The position numbers and the translations under genes were made by a program. Below are positions 50,912 to 63,715 of a stretch of DNA of 64,000 nt, one piece after another (the first letter of the stretch is position 1; every line of letters begins with the position of its first letter). The DNA lies in NCBI GenBank assembly GCA_951804945.1, contig OX638163.1, positions 11,780,001-11,844,000 of the forward strand, written 5' to 3'. The notes under the pieces were generated by a model. That model worked only from the letters and a program-made list of their open reading frames with translations, was not told the DNA's origin and did not search any database. Source of the DNA: Podarcis cretensis. Taxonomy: Eukaryota.

Positions 50912-51150
50912 TACTGATGGGGTCTGAGGTGGCAGTGTCAAAGCTATGAAAGGGGTTCATGCTAGGGTCATTAAGAAAGGAATCAAACAATAAAACTGAT
51001 AATATTGTAATGCTTTTATACAAAGTGATTGTATAACCACACTTGGAATGCCCCATAGTATAGGATCTGGTTGATACTAAGGGAAACAGCATGCTAGACT
51101 AGATGAGCTTTCGGGGCAGTCCAGCAGGACTATTTTTATGTTCATATATA

Positions 51151-51376
51151 CCTCCGGGTGCAAGTAGATAAATAGGGACCACTTACCAGCGGGAAGGTAA
51201 ACAGCGTTTCCGTGTGCGGCTCTGGCTCGCCAGAGCAGCGATGTCACGCTGGCCACGTGACCCGGAAGTGTCTCCGGACAGCGCTGGCCCCTGGCCTCTT
51301 AAGTGAGATGGGCGCACAACCCCAGAGTCTGTCAAGACTGGCCCGTACGGGCAGGGGTACCTTTACCTTTACCTTT
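51151..51376 (+). mobile_element. Sauria SINE (Squam1), 5'-truncated, CpG-rich and likely young
   Basis: GTGCAAGTAGATAAATAGG...GCGGGAAGGTAAAC...TGACCCGGAAG...CAACCCCAGAGTC...(ACCTTT)n tail. Confidence 0.95.
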
Positions 51377-52687
51377 TATAAGAAAAAAAACTAGCAGCTT
51401 GAAAAATGTTAAAGGTATGTGCTGTGTCCATTATATGAGTACCCAGGGGCCCTTGTTGGTGCTACCGTTCCAGCTTAGGATCTAAGTACGTACATCTAGA
51501 GGTCTTCAAAATGACACACCCAGCCATACTGGTTTAGGCAAAACATACACCTAAGTCTACAAAAACAAAAACATGACAGTGTACAAGGAGGGAAATGGAA
51601 GAATTTCTAAACTGACCTAAGAACATGAGAGCTTTCTGGATCAGGCCAGTGGTCCATCTAGTCCAATATCCTGTTCTCACAATGGCTAACAAAATGCCAG
51701 TGGCCAGGCCTTCTTAAAATGAAAACAAAGCAAATTAAATATATCTTCCTTATATGCTTTGGGGATCAGAAATATCCTACCAGGGTACAAGGCAGAGAAA
51801 ACCAAAATGTGTGTATGGCTTTGTCTTTAAGTACATGGTGCTGCCCTGGCTTGCTACCCCCCCCCACAGCCCCCAGAGCAATGAGGGATGCTCTGTTATT
51901 ACAAGCTCAGGATATTCTATTATTCCACAATGTGATTCCCCTCCAATGTCCTCTATCCTTAACATTTTTGAAAAACAGACTGCGTGTTTGATGCTGTCTT
52001 TGCCTCAAAATAGTCTGCTCTTGTTTACCCAGGAGTAGAGCTTCAAATACTATATTCTCACATTTTCAAATCACTGTAGACACCTGAGACAAAAAGTGTC
52101 CCCAAAGCTGCCTGCACAGGCTACATGCTGGTCACTCTTTCTTGTCAAGACTGATTTATTACCTCCTTGCTGTTCAATTTCACATTTTGTCCTCATCATA
52201 TCCGTGCCTCATGATCATTCCAGGCTGACCCTTGTAGGGCAGGCAAGGAATATTGATAAAACAATTATCTGTTAGCCGTTCATTTGATTTTCCATTTCAA
52301 TTACGGATTGCACGAGGCAAAAGGAAAAAGATTGCATCATTGATTTTTCCCTACCTTACAACAGTAAAGAGTTGCTTTGATGGTTGTAAAATGAATGCTA
52401 CTCAACCATGCTTTTAAAGGTCATATGGTTTCATTTTACTGTATTTTTAAAAAAATTAAAAGCCCCCAAATATACAACTGTTAAGGGTCAGAACTGGGTC
52501 AGCAGATGGGACAACTGGATAATTTTCTCAAAGTTGGTTTTTTAAAAGCTTTTTCTCACTGCTTGAATGAGGGTGGAAACCCATGAATTTGCTCTGATAT
52601 GGTTACAATTAATATGATTTATTTTCACCTTTCCAAAACTCTGCTGAATTATTTTCAGTAATTATGGAGAAATGGTCTGAAGGCGCC

Positions 52688-52790
52688 ATCTCTGAAGCTG
52701 AGCAGATCTAGGACTAGCCAGTTTTCTGGATAGGAGACTGGCCTGTGTATGCTGCTCTGTGGTCCTTGGAGGGAGGCCAGGACACAAAGT
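52688..52790 (+). mobile_element. 5S rRNA-derived SINE fragment
   Basis: ATCTCTGAAGCTGAGCAGATCTAGGACTAGCCAG...TGGATAGGAGACTGGCCTG resembles the 5S internal control region ATCTCGGAAGCTAAGCAGGGTCGGGCCTGGTTAGTACTTGGATGGGAGACCGCCTG. Confidence 0.55.
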
Positions 52791-55700
52791 GAGTGAGCTA
52801 TGGTAATCTATTCCCATAAACAAAAAAATAAGTAAAATTTAGTGGTATTACCCACAGGGACTGGAAAAATCCCCAGTGAAAACTAGAGGTGAAAGAGGCA
52901 AGACATAGCCTAAAAGGCTACTAAGTGAAAGCTTGCTAGGGTAATTACCTCAAGAAAGCTTAGAGCTACTGCTACTGTTTTTGCAGCTGTCAAGTGAACT
53001 GTGCAGGACAGCACTCATCCTGCTACCTTGAGGCATGCACAGAGAATCACAGAGCTCTCCCTAAGGGAAGGAGCAGGACAGCTTGCTCCTTAGCTCTTCC
53101 AGAGTTGTATTCTACATGGCCAAAGAACTGCTTGCTGGACTACACTGAGGTCACAAAGAAGTAAACAAAAGTAACATGCAAATGAGTATCATGTATGCAA
53201 GTGTTCCAAGGTTACCTGCAAGATACTCTGCATGCAGCTAGAGAGATATTGAGCACACTAGAACTGGAAAGTGATACCGAGTTCATTTAGATTGCCCTAT
53301 GCTTGCTCAAAATGAATAAAATAAATAAAACCTGCAGCAGCTTCGTATGCTTTGAGGTTTTTCTTTAGTCCAGGCCATCTACAGAGCACCAAAGAGACTA
53401 TTATCCCTTGCTAAATATAACTATGTTAAAATTTCACCTGAGAGGATGATAATATGCTCTCACTAGCCAGTGATCCAGGACGGTCACACATTTAAACAGA
53501 AATGGTGCTCAACCTACTACACTTCATTACGGTTCAGCGCTTGGTACAACTCTAGTGGGATTTTCACATGGTCGACCTTAAGAAAAGTTCAGCCTTTGAT
53601 CAAGGTTTAAAGCTCCTGGAACAGCAGTGGTAACACGAAAGCGTTTCCATTTTCTGTGCCATAAGGTGCCTCTGTTGATCTCCTTAAAGCCCTAGAGTTT
53701 TCTTCCAAGCCCGGATTACGCTCAGCAATTAAGGTAATGAACTAGCTGAGGTAACAAGGCATAATGATCTCTTTTGTCCTTTGAATTCTTATGAACTTCC
53801 CTTGTTCACAATGAGGAAAAACCAAACATGCTAGATGCAGTTTAAAGCTATGGGTGGTGTTGTGTGGTTTTTTGTTTTGTTTTTTAAAAAGGGAGAGACA
53901 GATTACTTCCATTATGCCTTCATGGTTTGATGTTTTTAATTTAAAACACCTGTAATATTTAAGCACACCAAAATACTCACACTCTGAGTATGCTAGCTTA
54001 CATTCTTGTAATATTTTGACACGTTGCAAGTTATTATTTTAATGCCTGAAAAGATAATGTGATGAATCCACTGAAAATACATCAAAATATATGTATGTGG
54101 GCCTGTGTCTCACTTTTTAGTTCCAAAACAGTGAATTCTTACAAAATAAATACCCAAAGCGTACAACAGAGCAGGCGTGCACAGCTAAGAATGATTGAGA
54201 CTGCACAGAGGAAGAACAATAATGAGAAGACCACAAGCACATTTACTGCAGTCCACTAAGTGTTGCTTCTGCGCAATCTCCATTCATTTCAAGAGGGGGC
54301 GATGCTGGAGAAACGCATGGCAGCACTCAGTGGGCTGCAAACATTTTCTGTCTGTCCACAGCAGAACTTTGACATCAAATCAACTCTTCATCATTAATGT
54401 GCTTTTTCTAGAGAAGAATCAGTTCCGAACAGAGATATCCAAATAGAAGAAGGTCCACTTCAAGATTTTATTTACTTATTTGGAAGCAGCTAGCCTACTA
54501 TTTATTGTTTTTTTTTTTACTCCCCCCCTTTTTTTTTGCATGCTATAAACCTTTTTCCTGTGCTTTGCAGAATCCACTGCACTCTGATCTTTCATNNNNN
54601 NNNNNNNNNNNNNNNNNNNNNNNNNNNNNNNNNNNNNNNNNNNNNNNNNNNNNNNNNNNNNNNNNNNNNNNNNNNNNNNNNNNNNNNNNNNNNNNNNNNN
54701 NNNNNNNNNNNNNNNNNNNNNNNNNNNNNNNNNNNNNNNNNNNNNNNNNNNNNNNNNNNNNNNNNNNNNNNNNNNNNNNNNNNNNNNNNNNNNNNNNNNN
54801 NNNNNNNGACCTCGCTGCACCGTGGCCGAAATGACTACTAAAAGCATCACGGAGACGGAATTCCATTACTTATTTTTTTAAAAGTTCTCCCATGCCCCTA
54901 ATGTAATATTCTTTGGGGACTGTTGTCAAGGATACCAAGCACCAGCCATTAAGACCTTTTGTTTCCCCAAGGCATTTTGTCTTTTATTAATAAATAAATA
55001 AATAAAGATAAAGGGAAGCTCATTCTCTCTTCCCACCACCACCCTGGAAACACAGCCTGTGTATTCTATCTGAGACGCTGCAGACTGGGAGTCACACATG
55101 TAAGGAAAGGACAAGCATGTTTCATGCTATAAAGTCATCATTTAAAAAACAACAAGATTTTCAAAACGGCATTTATTTGTAATTAACTGCACATATTCTA
55201 CCATTGCGCCTGCAATGAATAGAGAGGCTCAGATCTACACAGGCACAGATGAAGGCAGCAGGGGTTTCAAGAAAGCAGGGGATAATGAGAATGAAACCCA
55301 TCCTCCTTCCGACCAAAGAAAATGAAGAATTTGTCAACAGGAATCCCCAAAACTGGCACAAGAGGAATGCAAACTGCGAATTCTCCAACGAAGGTTGCAG
55401 GTTCTCCCATGCCAACCACATTGCAGAATCATTCAGGTGACACATTTTAGGATGAGAACCAATTGGTATATGACCTATAAATAGCAAGATTTTATTATTG
55501 TGCCCCAGAAACTGAAATTCTGAATACCCTCATCCTCTTCTGGAACCATTATAGTAACTGCAGATTACCAAATAGAGGTTTATTAGTGACAGAACAATTT
55601 TCTGCACATGTGTGAAAACAGTTACACTTGCACATACATCTGCTTATGCATTTCCAAATTGCAGCAGGTACTCCTCAAATTTATTCATATTGGCATTTTG

Positions 55701-57013
55701 TTTGCCAACAGCAATCAGACAGGTACCCCAGTGAAACCAAGGAGGAGTGATGGCAGCATTCACTCCCTTCTACTGGCTCTTTGCTCTTAAACTCAACAGA
55801 TATTTGCTCATGCTCAGAACCCAACTCATAGCTACTAGACACTGACTTTCTATGTTTTTGGCCTTCTAATATAACACACAGCTTGGCTCATTTGCTTGAG
55901 TTGCAGAGTCACTTCATCTGCAGGGTTTTCTGGCAAGAAATTTATTTCATCAATTTACCACATGCCACAGGTGGAGAATAATTTTAAATGTTATGGATAG
56001 ATGACATGGAAGGGCAGTTTGGGCTGTCAAGAGAGGTGCCTTTTGGAGATAACCATTCTCTATAGATTTTATCAATGTTTAAACAAGACTTAAAAAAGAA
56101 GAACTAAAGAACAACAATCCATTAACAATGTCCTAACCCGTTTATTTTTATCTGACTTTTTCTAAAAGATCATGTGTTATGCATCATTATGAAATTCTGT
56201 AGCAATTTTTATATGGCTTACTTCCACATTCAGAGATGCCTCTACCAAAAAAACCCCACAGGAAATCTTGGAAAGGAGGGACACGTGGGAAGAATTAACT
56301 GAAAACCAAAGATAAACTAGGGGTATGATAGAAGAGCACACACAGTAACTGGTACTGATGCAGCAAGAGGAGCACTGCAGAACCTGGGAGCAAAGATCTA
56401 CCTCCCTTCTTAGAAATGCTTCAAATGCATCACCACCACACCTGGGACAGAACTCTAGTCTCCATTCTACCTATCCCACAATGCAGAAATTGAATCCATC
56501 ACTGAGATGAAAAATCTGGGGTAGGGGAAGAGGATGATGGTAATATTGCTTGCCATGCCTGGCTCCTCAGTTTCACCAAGGCATCTGTCTGATGGCTGTC
56601 AGCAAACAAAAAGAGAAAATGAATAAGTGTAGAATAGATGCCACAGAAAGCACTTTAAGTGGATGGAACTGAATAGGTAAGGTGTAGTATGGGTATTTGG
56701 GGGGGGGGGGGTGCACACACACATTTTAAATGCTATGTGAAGTATGTTGTAGGCCAGAAGTAGAAAATCTGGTGCCTTCCAGGTGTTGTTGTACTACCAC
56801 CATCCCCAGTCAGCATGGCCAAAGGTCAGGAGATGTAGTTCCATGTTGGCTACTTCTGCTGTGCATTGTGATGGTAGCCAGATGGAATTCTGTATTGCAA
56901 TTTATTAGTTCAAGAACAAATGGAAGTTTGTAGCTTAGTGCTACTGCTTGAGGTGGAGTGAGGTGGGGTCAGTGGTGCTTTTAAAAATTTTTATTCATCT
57001 TCCGTTGTAATTT

Positions 57014-59182
57014 TTTGACAAAGTCCCCCATGATATTCTCGTGAGGAAGCTGGTAAAATATGGATTGAATGATGTAACTGTTAGGTGGATTTGTAGCTGG
57101 TTGACTGACTGAACCCAAAGAGTACTAATGGTTCCTCATCATCCTGGAAAAAAGTGACAAGTGGGGTACTGCAGGGTTCTGTCCTGGGCCTATTGTTGTT
57201 CAGAGTCTTATAAATGACTTGGATGAAGGAACTGAGTGGGGGGTGGGGCTCATCCAATTTGCAGATGGCACCAGCAGATGAGGGGTAGTGAATGCGGCAG
57301 AAGACAGAATCAGAATTCAAAACGACCTTAACAGATTGGAGAACTGGGTGCAAGCTAACAAAATGAATTTCAGTAGGAACAAATGTAAGGTTCTGCAATT
57401 AAGCAGGAAGAACCAGAGGCACAAATATAGGATGGGGGACACCCCCACAGTACCACAAGATTAACATGAGTCAACAGTGTGATGCAGCAGCACGAAAAGG
57501 TAATGCTGTTCTACGCTGCATCAAGAGAAGTATAGTGTCCAGATTAAGGAAAGGAATAGTACCACTCTATTCTGCCTTGGTCAGACAACACCTAGAATAC
57601 TGTGTCCAATTCTGGGCACCACAATTTAAGAAGGATGTTACAAGCTGGAGAGTGTGCAGAGGAGGGCGACCAAGATGATCAAGGCTCTGGAAACCAAGCC
57701 TTATGAGAAACACTTGAAGAAGCTCGGTATGTTTAGCCTGGAAAAGAGGAGATATGATAGCCATATTCAGATATCTTAAGGCAGGGGTCCTCAAACTTTT
57801 TAAACAGGGGGCAAGTTCTCTGTCCCTCAGACACTGTTAGAGACTGAACTATAGTTTGAAAAAAAATGAACAAATTCCTATACACACTGCACATATTTTA
57901 TCTGTGGTGCACAAAAAACAAGAAAAACAATATAATATTTAAAATGAAGAACAATTTTAATCAACATAAACTTATAAGTATTTCAATGGAAAGTATGGGC
58001 CCGCTTTTGGCTAATGAGATGGTCAATATCCAGTTGCATATTTGTCACTGCTACTTGTAGCAAGTGATGCAAGCAGCTTTTGGCTCATTCCACCTGCTCA
58101 TTGCAAGAACTAAGTCATGAAGAAATAAGTTTGCTTTTCCACCTCCTCCCTCCCACACCTTTTTCCTTTAGTGCTGTGTATTCCCCATTGTAAGCCTGAG
58201 AAGGCGGTTTCTTCGCCGACATCTGCAAGCTGCAATGTGACAACACCCCCACCACACAGCACAACTTTTGTGGTTTGTGTGGCCTAGCAGCATGATTAAA
58301 AAACAACAACACTTTTTTACTTTGGGGGTTAAAATTAAACTGAAAGTTAATTGGGTCGGCCCCACCTCTGCTTATTTTCTGCGAAAAGCTAAAACAGCCC
58401 ATACTGAGCCCTTACCGAAAACGAAAATCCACCAGCTGGAACTGCCTAGCCAGAATCCAAAATCCAACCAGCAAACAAAGCCTCCCTTCAGCATCCCAGT
58501 CCTTACCCCGTGGAAGCTGAACCAGCGGCCCTCAGGCAGCTCCTGGACTCAATCTCCCATCAGCCCCTGCTACCAGGTCATTCTGGGGGGGCTGATGGGA
58601 GTTGTAGTCCACGAGCAGCCTGAGGGGGCCCACAGGCTTCCCACAGACCTGCCTGAGGCCCCGCGTGAGCGCCAAGGCTGCAGGGTGTTGAGTGGAGGCC
58701 GGCAGGAGCTAAATGCGTTCCCTCAGCCCGCAAGGACAGGGCTCGCCCGTTTCCAGTGAGGAGAGGCAACAAGGCCTCACAGGCCTCACAAAAAGGGGCG
58801 GCGTTTGTGGGCCAAGGTGGGGCCAGCAAGGGGAGCCGGCCGAGGCCCGTGAGGGGAGAGCGAGCATGTGACAGCAAGAGAGAGCAGGCGGGTGGACAGA
58901 GGAGTCGCCAGCCTGGCCCACAAGGCACGGGCGGCAGCAGCGGGTTTTTTCCTTGGGCTGGGGGAGCCTGCCTCCCTGCCTCTTGCACCTGAAGATGCCG
59001 GCTGGCGGTGGCAATTGCCGGGCGGGCTGGGTTCAGGACCCTGGTGAGCCAGATCTGACCCGTGGACCATAGTTTGAGGACCCCTGTCTTAAGGGCTGTC
59101 ACATGGAAGAGAGAGCATACTTGTTTTCTCCTGCACTGGAAGGGAGAGGGTCCCTTCCAACTCTAAGATTCTATGATTCTAT
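57014..59182 (+). mobile_element. CR1 LINE ORF2 (RT) plus 3' tail, internally deleted and split by a hAT insertion
   Basis: FDKVPHDILVRKL...SGVLQGSVLG; [43 protein letters not shown]; YLKG|CHMEE continues across the insertion; tail GGTCCCTTCCAACTCTAAGATTCTATGATTCTATG. Confidence 0.95.
57782..59086. mobile_element. Non-autonomous hAT-Charlie (OposCharlie1/OC1-like) transposon with captured filler DNA
   Basis: Perfect 16-bp TIRs CAGGGGTCCTCAAACT / AGTTTGAGGACCCCTG; perfect TSD TCTTAAGG (57774-57781, 59087-59094); nested palindromic URR1-like MITE at ~58507-58647. Confidence 0.92.
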
Positions 59183-60619
59183 GTTTTCAGTCTATAAAAT
59201 ATCATTTTTACAGTGTTTGGACTCTTTTATCCCTCAAGCTACTTAATTAGATATTATGAACACCTTGGAGACAGAAGTAATTTTGCATTCAGGCTAAACT
59301 GCTGTAAGCTGCTCTGGGCTACAAGATGGAGGAGAATGTATTTTTGAATTGGTGTTCAGAGCACCTTTCCTCAAATCCCAAGTATTGATATACCTAGGAT
59401 TGAAGAAAATTTCCCAAGGACTGAAGACGTGGGGCTTTCCTCAGCATTCTTTATAACATCTGACATTTGCTGCCTGAGCTTCACGGCTGAGTGGGTATTT
59501 GAACCCTGATCTCCCTGGTGCAAATCCAACCTGCTATCCAGTATATCACAAAGGCTTTGACAGTACTTCAGCATTGGAGAAGATTCCACATCAGAAGCGA
59601 AACTCTAGAGATACTTTCCAACTTCATCACTGGTACTCGACTGAGGGGGCTCTTCCAACATCACATTTTCCAAAGTATTCTTTCCCCACCTCAGAAAAAG
59701 CACTACACCTGAATTTCACCAAGTTTTTTCTTCTTCTGCTGCTGCTGGTAGTGGTACTATGACTATTCCTTCCCCAAGTGGTGCTTGGGATTGCATCTCC
59801 AGTCACCACCACACAGGCCCGAGAGGGGGGGGGAAGCTGGATACATTTGCCCTGGGCTTTGGAGGGCTATGCTGGCTTGGGGGGGGTCCCTGCAAGGGAC
59901 TGGCTGCTATTTTGCTTCAGTTTATACTGTCAGTATAAACAGCCCCCACATGTGTCAGCAGAGAGCATATAAACACAATATGTTCTGCCCTCATCCCACT
60001 CTTTTTGGTGATGTGTTTCTAGGCACTTCTGGGTTTGGCGCTGTGTGCGTGTCTTTTGGACACAAGTTAATTGGTTAACTTTATTCAGACAAGACTCTTG
60101 ACCCAAGCTTGGCATAGGCCTGCTACAACATAAAACCTTTGTGCAGGGATCAGGATGTGAAAATTGTATCCATTGTTGTGCATAAAGCTCTCCGATAGGT
60201 ATTAAAAACCCACCCACAGATGAAAGTATGCTTCTGAAGAGGATCCTGCTTCACTGGCAAGGACTAGAGACTCATATTCTTCTTCACCCCAGTGCTACTC
60301 TCTCCACTACTAGATCCTACTACCACTAAGGCCATAACCCTAGAAATATGCCCACCTGAAAAGCAAGCTAGCCTGTGTATCTCCATCTTTCCAGAACAAT
60401 TTAAAAGCTGAACAGTGTAATGGCAATGGCCCAGGGACCTTGCAAGTTATGGTTAAGAACTGGAAAGAGAATTCACTTCAAGATATTTTCTCAAATGGAA
60501 AAGTACTAGTACCTTGTTTTGTCCCCTACAGCACCTCCATCTCCCCAGCCCCACAGAATAAGAGGACCCTTTCACCAGTCAGCCAGCTCCTCTGGGAAGG
60601 CTAAGTAGACTGCATAAGG

Positions 60620-61012
60620 CAGGGGTCAGCAACATGCAACCCATGGGACAGATGCAGCCCATGAAGACCATTTTACTGGCCCATGAGCCACCCCAAACTG
60701 AGCCGCCTGCTCAGCGAGCCCCCCGCGTATTGTACTAAACCAGCGCACCACGGCTCAGGGACTCACCAAGCGGTGCTGGAAATTGCGTCTGTGCATGCGC
60801 AGATACCGGAAACCATGTCTGCGCATGTACAAATGCCAAAAATCACTTCTGTGCAGGCGCAATTTTTGGCAACTGGGCATGGGCAGAAGCAATTTCCGGC
60901 GCCACGGACATGCACAGACACGATTTCCGGCATCATGCTGTGCCAGTCCAGCCCACAGACGATCTCTGTGGGAGTGATCCGGCCCATGGCCAGTAAACCT
61001 TGCCAACCTCTG
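60620..61012. mobile_element. hAT-Charlie MITE
   Basis: Imperfect TIRs CAGGGGTCAGCAACAT / ACCTTGCCAACCTCTG; perfect TSD GCATAAGG; internal TGCGCATG repeats. Confidence 0.9.
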
Positions 61013-62503
61013 GCATAAGGTTTCAGTTGACTCTAGCTCCCTGCAAAGACTGTGGTAGTTGCCTTAGCAGGGCCTCTTGGAGCTGTCCAAAGTCCTGTAT
61101 AGTATTTGCTTTACTAAGACTTGTGACTACGCACGTTCTGCTTTCCCGTGACACATGAAACGAACAGGCATTTGAACCTGTGTCCCCTTTATCCAAGGCA
61201 CACACACTATCCATTGTACCACAGAAGCCAGTTTTGTGGCATAAACGCTCTCAACTTCCTTCTTTTTCTTCTATGTTATTTATTTTAAGTGCAAGATGGA
61301 AGGAAATTCTGTGTTAAGTCCAGAATTCACACAGTGACGGGAAACATGGAAATTCTACTCCAACAAGCCCAATGGCAGAATGCATTAAAGCCTATGCAAC
61401 AAGGGAAGAGAGTGCTATTGTAGTTTTGCTTCTGGTTTCAACACCACCACCAACAAAGTAGAAAGCATTTCAAGGGACTTCAGCACAAAGCTATAGAACT
61501 TGCAATATAATAACAGTGCTCATAGGAGGAGAAAGAGAAAAGGCAGCCTGTAAAAAAGAGAAGAATTCTTTTATGCATGCAATGTTTCTGAAAACTGGAG
61601 TGGTGTTAATGAGAATTGTTTTTACAGTAAATGTGTTTTACAGTAAAACTGAGTGTCATAGCCAAAGACTATTCAATGTTTCTCTGCAGGTTAGTGCATC
61701 TACAGTAGGCTACAACTGAATGAAGTTGTCACACACTGACGTCCGGCTTCAATAATATAGCCCCAGCATCAGAATAGTAGTCCATGAAAACATTAAGAAA
61801 GGCTCAAAAGTTACATCACCTAACCCCCTGCCTTATCAACACTCTCTCACAAACCCATTTCCTGCTAAAGTGTTCTTTTCAGCAGAGCAGGTAACAAAGC
61901 TGCTAGCATATCCAACTGCCAAAGCTATTGGAAGAGACGTAGGAATGATGGTATGCAACAAGTTTTGAAAATGCAAAAATTAGATCCATTTGAACTTTTA
62001 ACTACTCTTAAAGTTACTAATACATTTGTTCACTATTCATCCCCTGTGTTATTATGTCTATTTGTTTCTAACTTTTGGCATCTAATTGATAATTTAAATG
62101 TACTGTATATTTTCTATTTTATGCAGATAGAGGTTGCTATTTATAATATAAATACGGTACAACTAACTAAATAAAAGATAAATGTAAACAGTATTCTGCC
62201 AAACTCATTAGCTTTTTTAAAATTTGTAATCCACAGTTAATACTTTAAAAAAGTGCTGATCCTTAGCTAGAAAGAAAGCCACCTCCCTCCCCACCCCAAG
62301 TCTAACATATGATGTAACAGGGGTGACTGTCTCTCTTTCAGAAAACTCCTGCCATATTCTCTTGCAGGCACAGTGAATGGAAAAACAAGAGCAACTGTCA
62401 GACCCATTGGCTCAGGGATGGTGCATTGTTGCACGGAGGGGGCCATTTGGTTCTCTGGGCAGTGGTGCAGGGGCCAGAAAGGCGCTTTGCCTCAAAACCT
62501 GAC

Positions 62504-63045
62504 CCCTCCACAGGTGGTCCAGCTCCATCAGGAACTCTACTGCTTGCTGCCATGCCACAGAGAGAGGAAATGGCTTGGTCTTCCCTGGTCTCCTGCACTC
62601 CAGAAGGATCCCTCAGTGATCTGGATCAGCCCCTCTGTGCTGCTGCATCTCTGCAGATGGCAAAAAGAGAGGGGAAACCTGCACCAATCTCACCCCTTGC
62701 TGCCTCGCCTAGAGGACAGAGGCCTGTCCCTGCCTTATCGGCTTCTGCTCTGTTGCTCTTCCTGTTAAAGGACCTAATCCTGGCTATGATATCACAACAC
62801 TAGCCCTCCAGGTCCAACAAACATGTGTCATGGCCACCCAATGGCATGAGGTGGACTCCCCTACTTCAAGGCGGAGATTCTTCTCTCCCACCCTGGCAGC
62901 ACCTTACCTCCACAGCTTTGCCGCTGAACTCTTGCAGCAAGTGGGAGATGTCCAAGGGCTCGAAGGTGCTCTCAACAGCAAGGTCACTGGCCAGGAAGCA
63001 TTTGGCCTCCAAGAGCTGCTCCACAGGAAGGAAGGTGCCAAAGAC
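62504..63045 (-). pseudogene. Two-exon MROH (maestro HEAT-like repeat)-like gene fragment
   Basis: Exon 63045-62908 (138 nt): VFGTFLPVEQLLEAKCFLASDLAVESTFEPLDISHLLQEFSGKAVE, donor GAG|GTAAGG, acceptor mutated to TTGTTTCGG. Exon ~62650-62504 follows CCCCTCTCTTTTTGCCATCTGCAG and is frameshifted (..VQETREDQAISSLCGMAA../QQAVEFLMEL). Family assignment is from recalled motif resemblance only. Confidence 0.45.
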
Positions 63046-63490
63046 CCGAAACAAGAGATGAAGGTCAAAAGATGGCCACGGGGAGAAAGTACTCATTCAT
63101 TCAGAGCATTTGTACTCCTCTTCTCAGCCAAAAAGGCTCCCAGAGAGGCTTATACAAAATCAAAAACAAGACACTCCCTAGTCACAGGCTCACATTCGAA
63201 TAAACAAACCAACAAACACAAACAGAAGCTTCCTTTGACCTTTGATAGCTCTTTGCCAAACTTGGTGATATCATTATTCTATGTCCTAAAGCTAAGTCCC
63301 CTGGAAATGCCAACTTTCACTTACCCCCAGGAGTCTTTGAGAAGCCATATTCTAATCTAAATAAGCAAGAGTCACTACAGCAAACCTCTGCCAACCTCTC
63401 CACGCTGGGGATGCCAGAACCTCAGTTCAAACAGTCACAGCCTCCGTTGCTTGGTGACATGGAATGCACGGCCAGCATGCCAAGATTCCA

Positions 63491-63715
63491 GGAGAGTCCA
63501 TGTGGCCTAGTGGTTAGAGTGCTGGGCCTGGACCTGGGAGAGCAGGGCTCAATTTCCTGCTCAGCCATGAGACACACTGGGTGATCTTGGGCTAGCCACT
63601 CCCTCTCAGCCTACCCGGCCTCACAGGATTCTTGTGAGGAGAAGATGGGGAGAAGGAGAAAAATGGATGTCACCTTGAGCTGCTTGGAAGAAAAGAGGGA
63701 TATAAATGCCATAAA
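63491..63715 (+). mobile_element. tRNA-derived SINE (Squam3-like), near full length
   Basis: A-box TGGCCTAGTGGTTAGAG, degenerate B-box GGGCTCAATTTCC, core CTGGGTGATCTTGGGC...CTCTCAGCCTA...CCTCACAGG, tail GGGATATAAAT. Confidence 0.88.

Noticed and set aside
58268-59102. 163- and 174-aa ORFs in the hAT element as a transposase
   Set aside because: No BED finger, DDE or dimerisation motifs; GC-rich filler.
62830-63360. 176-aa plus-strand ORF
   Set aside because: Largely antisense to the MROH-like exon; splice signals support the minus strand.
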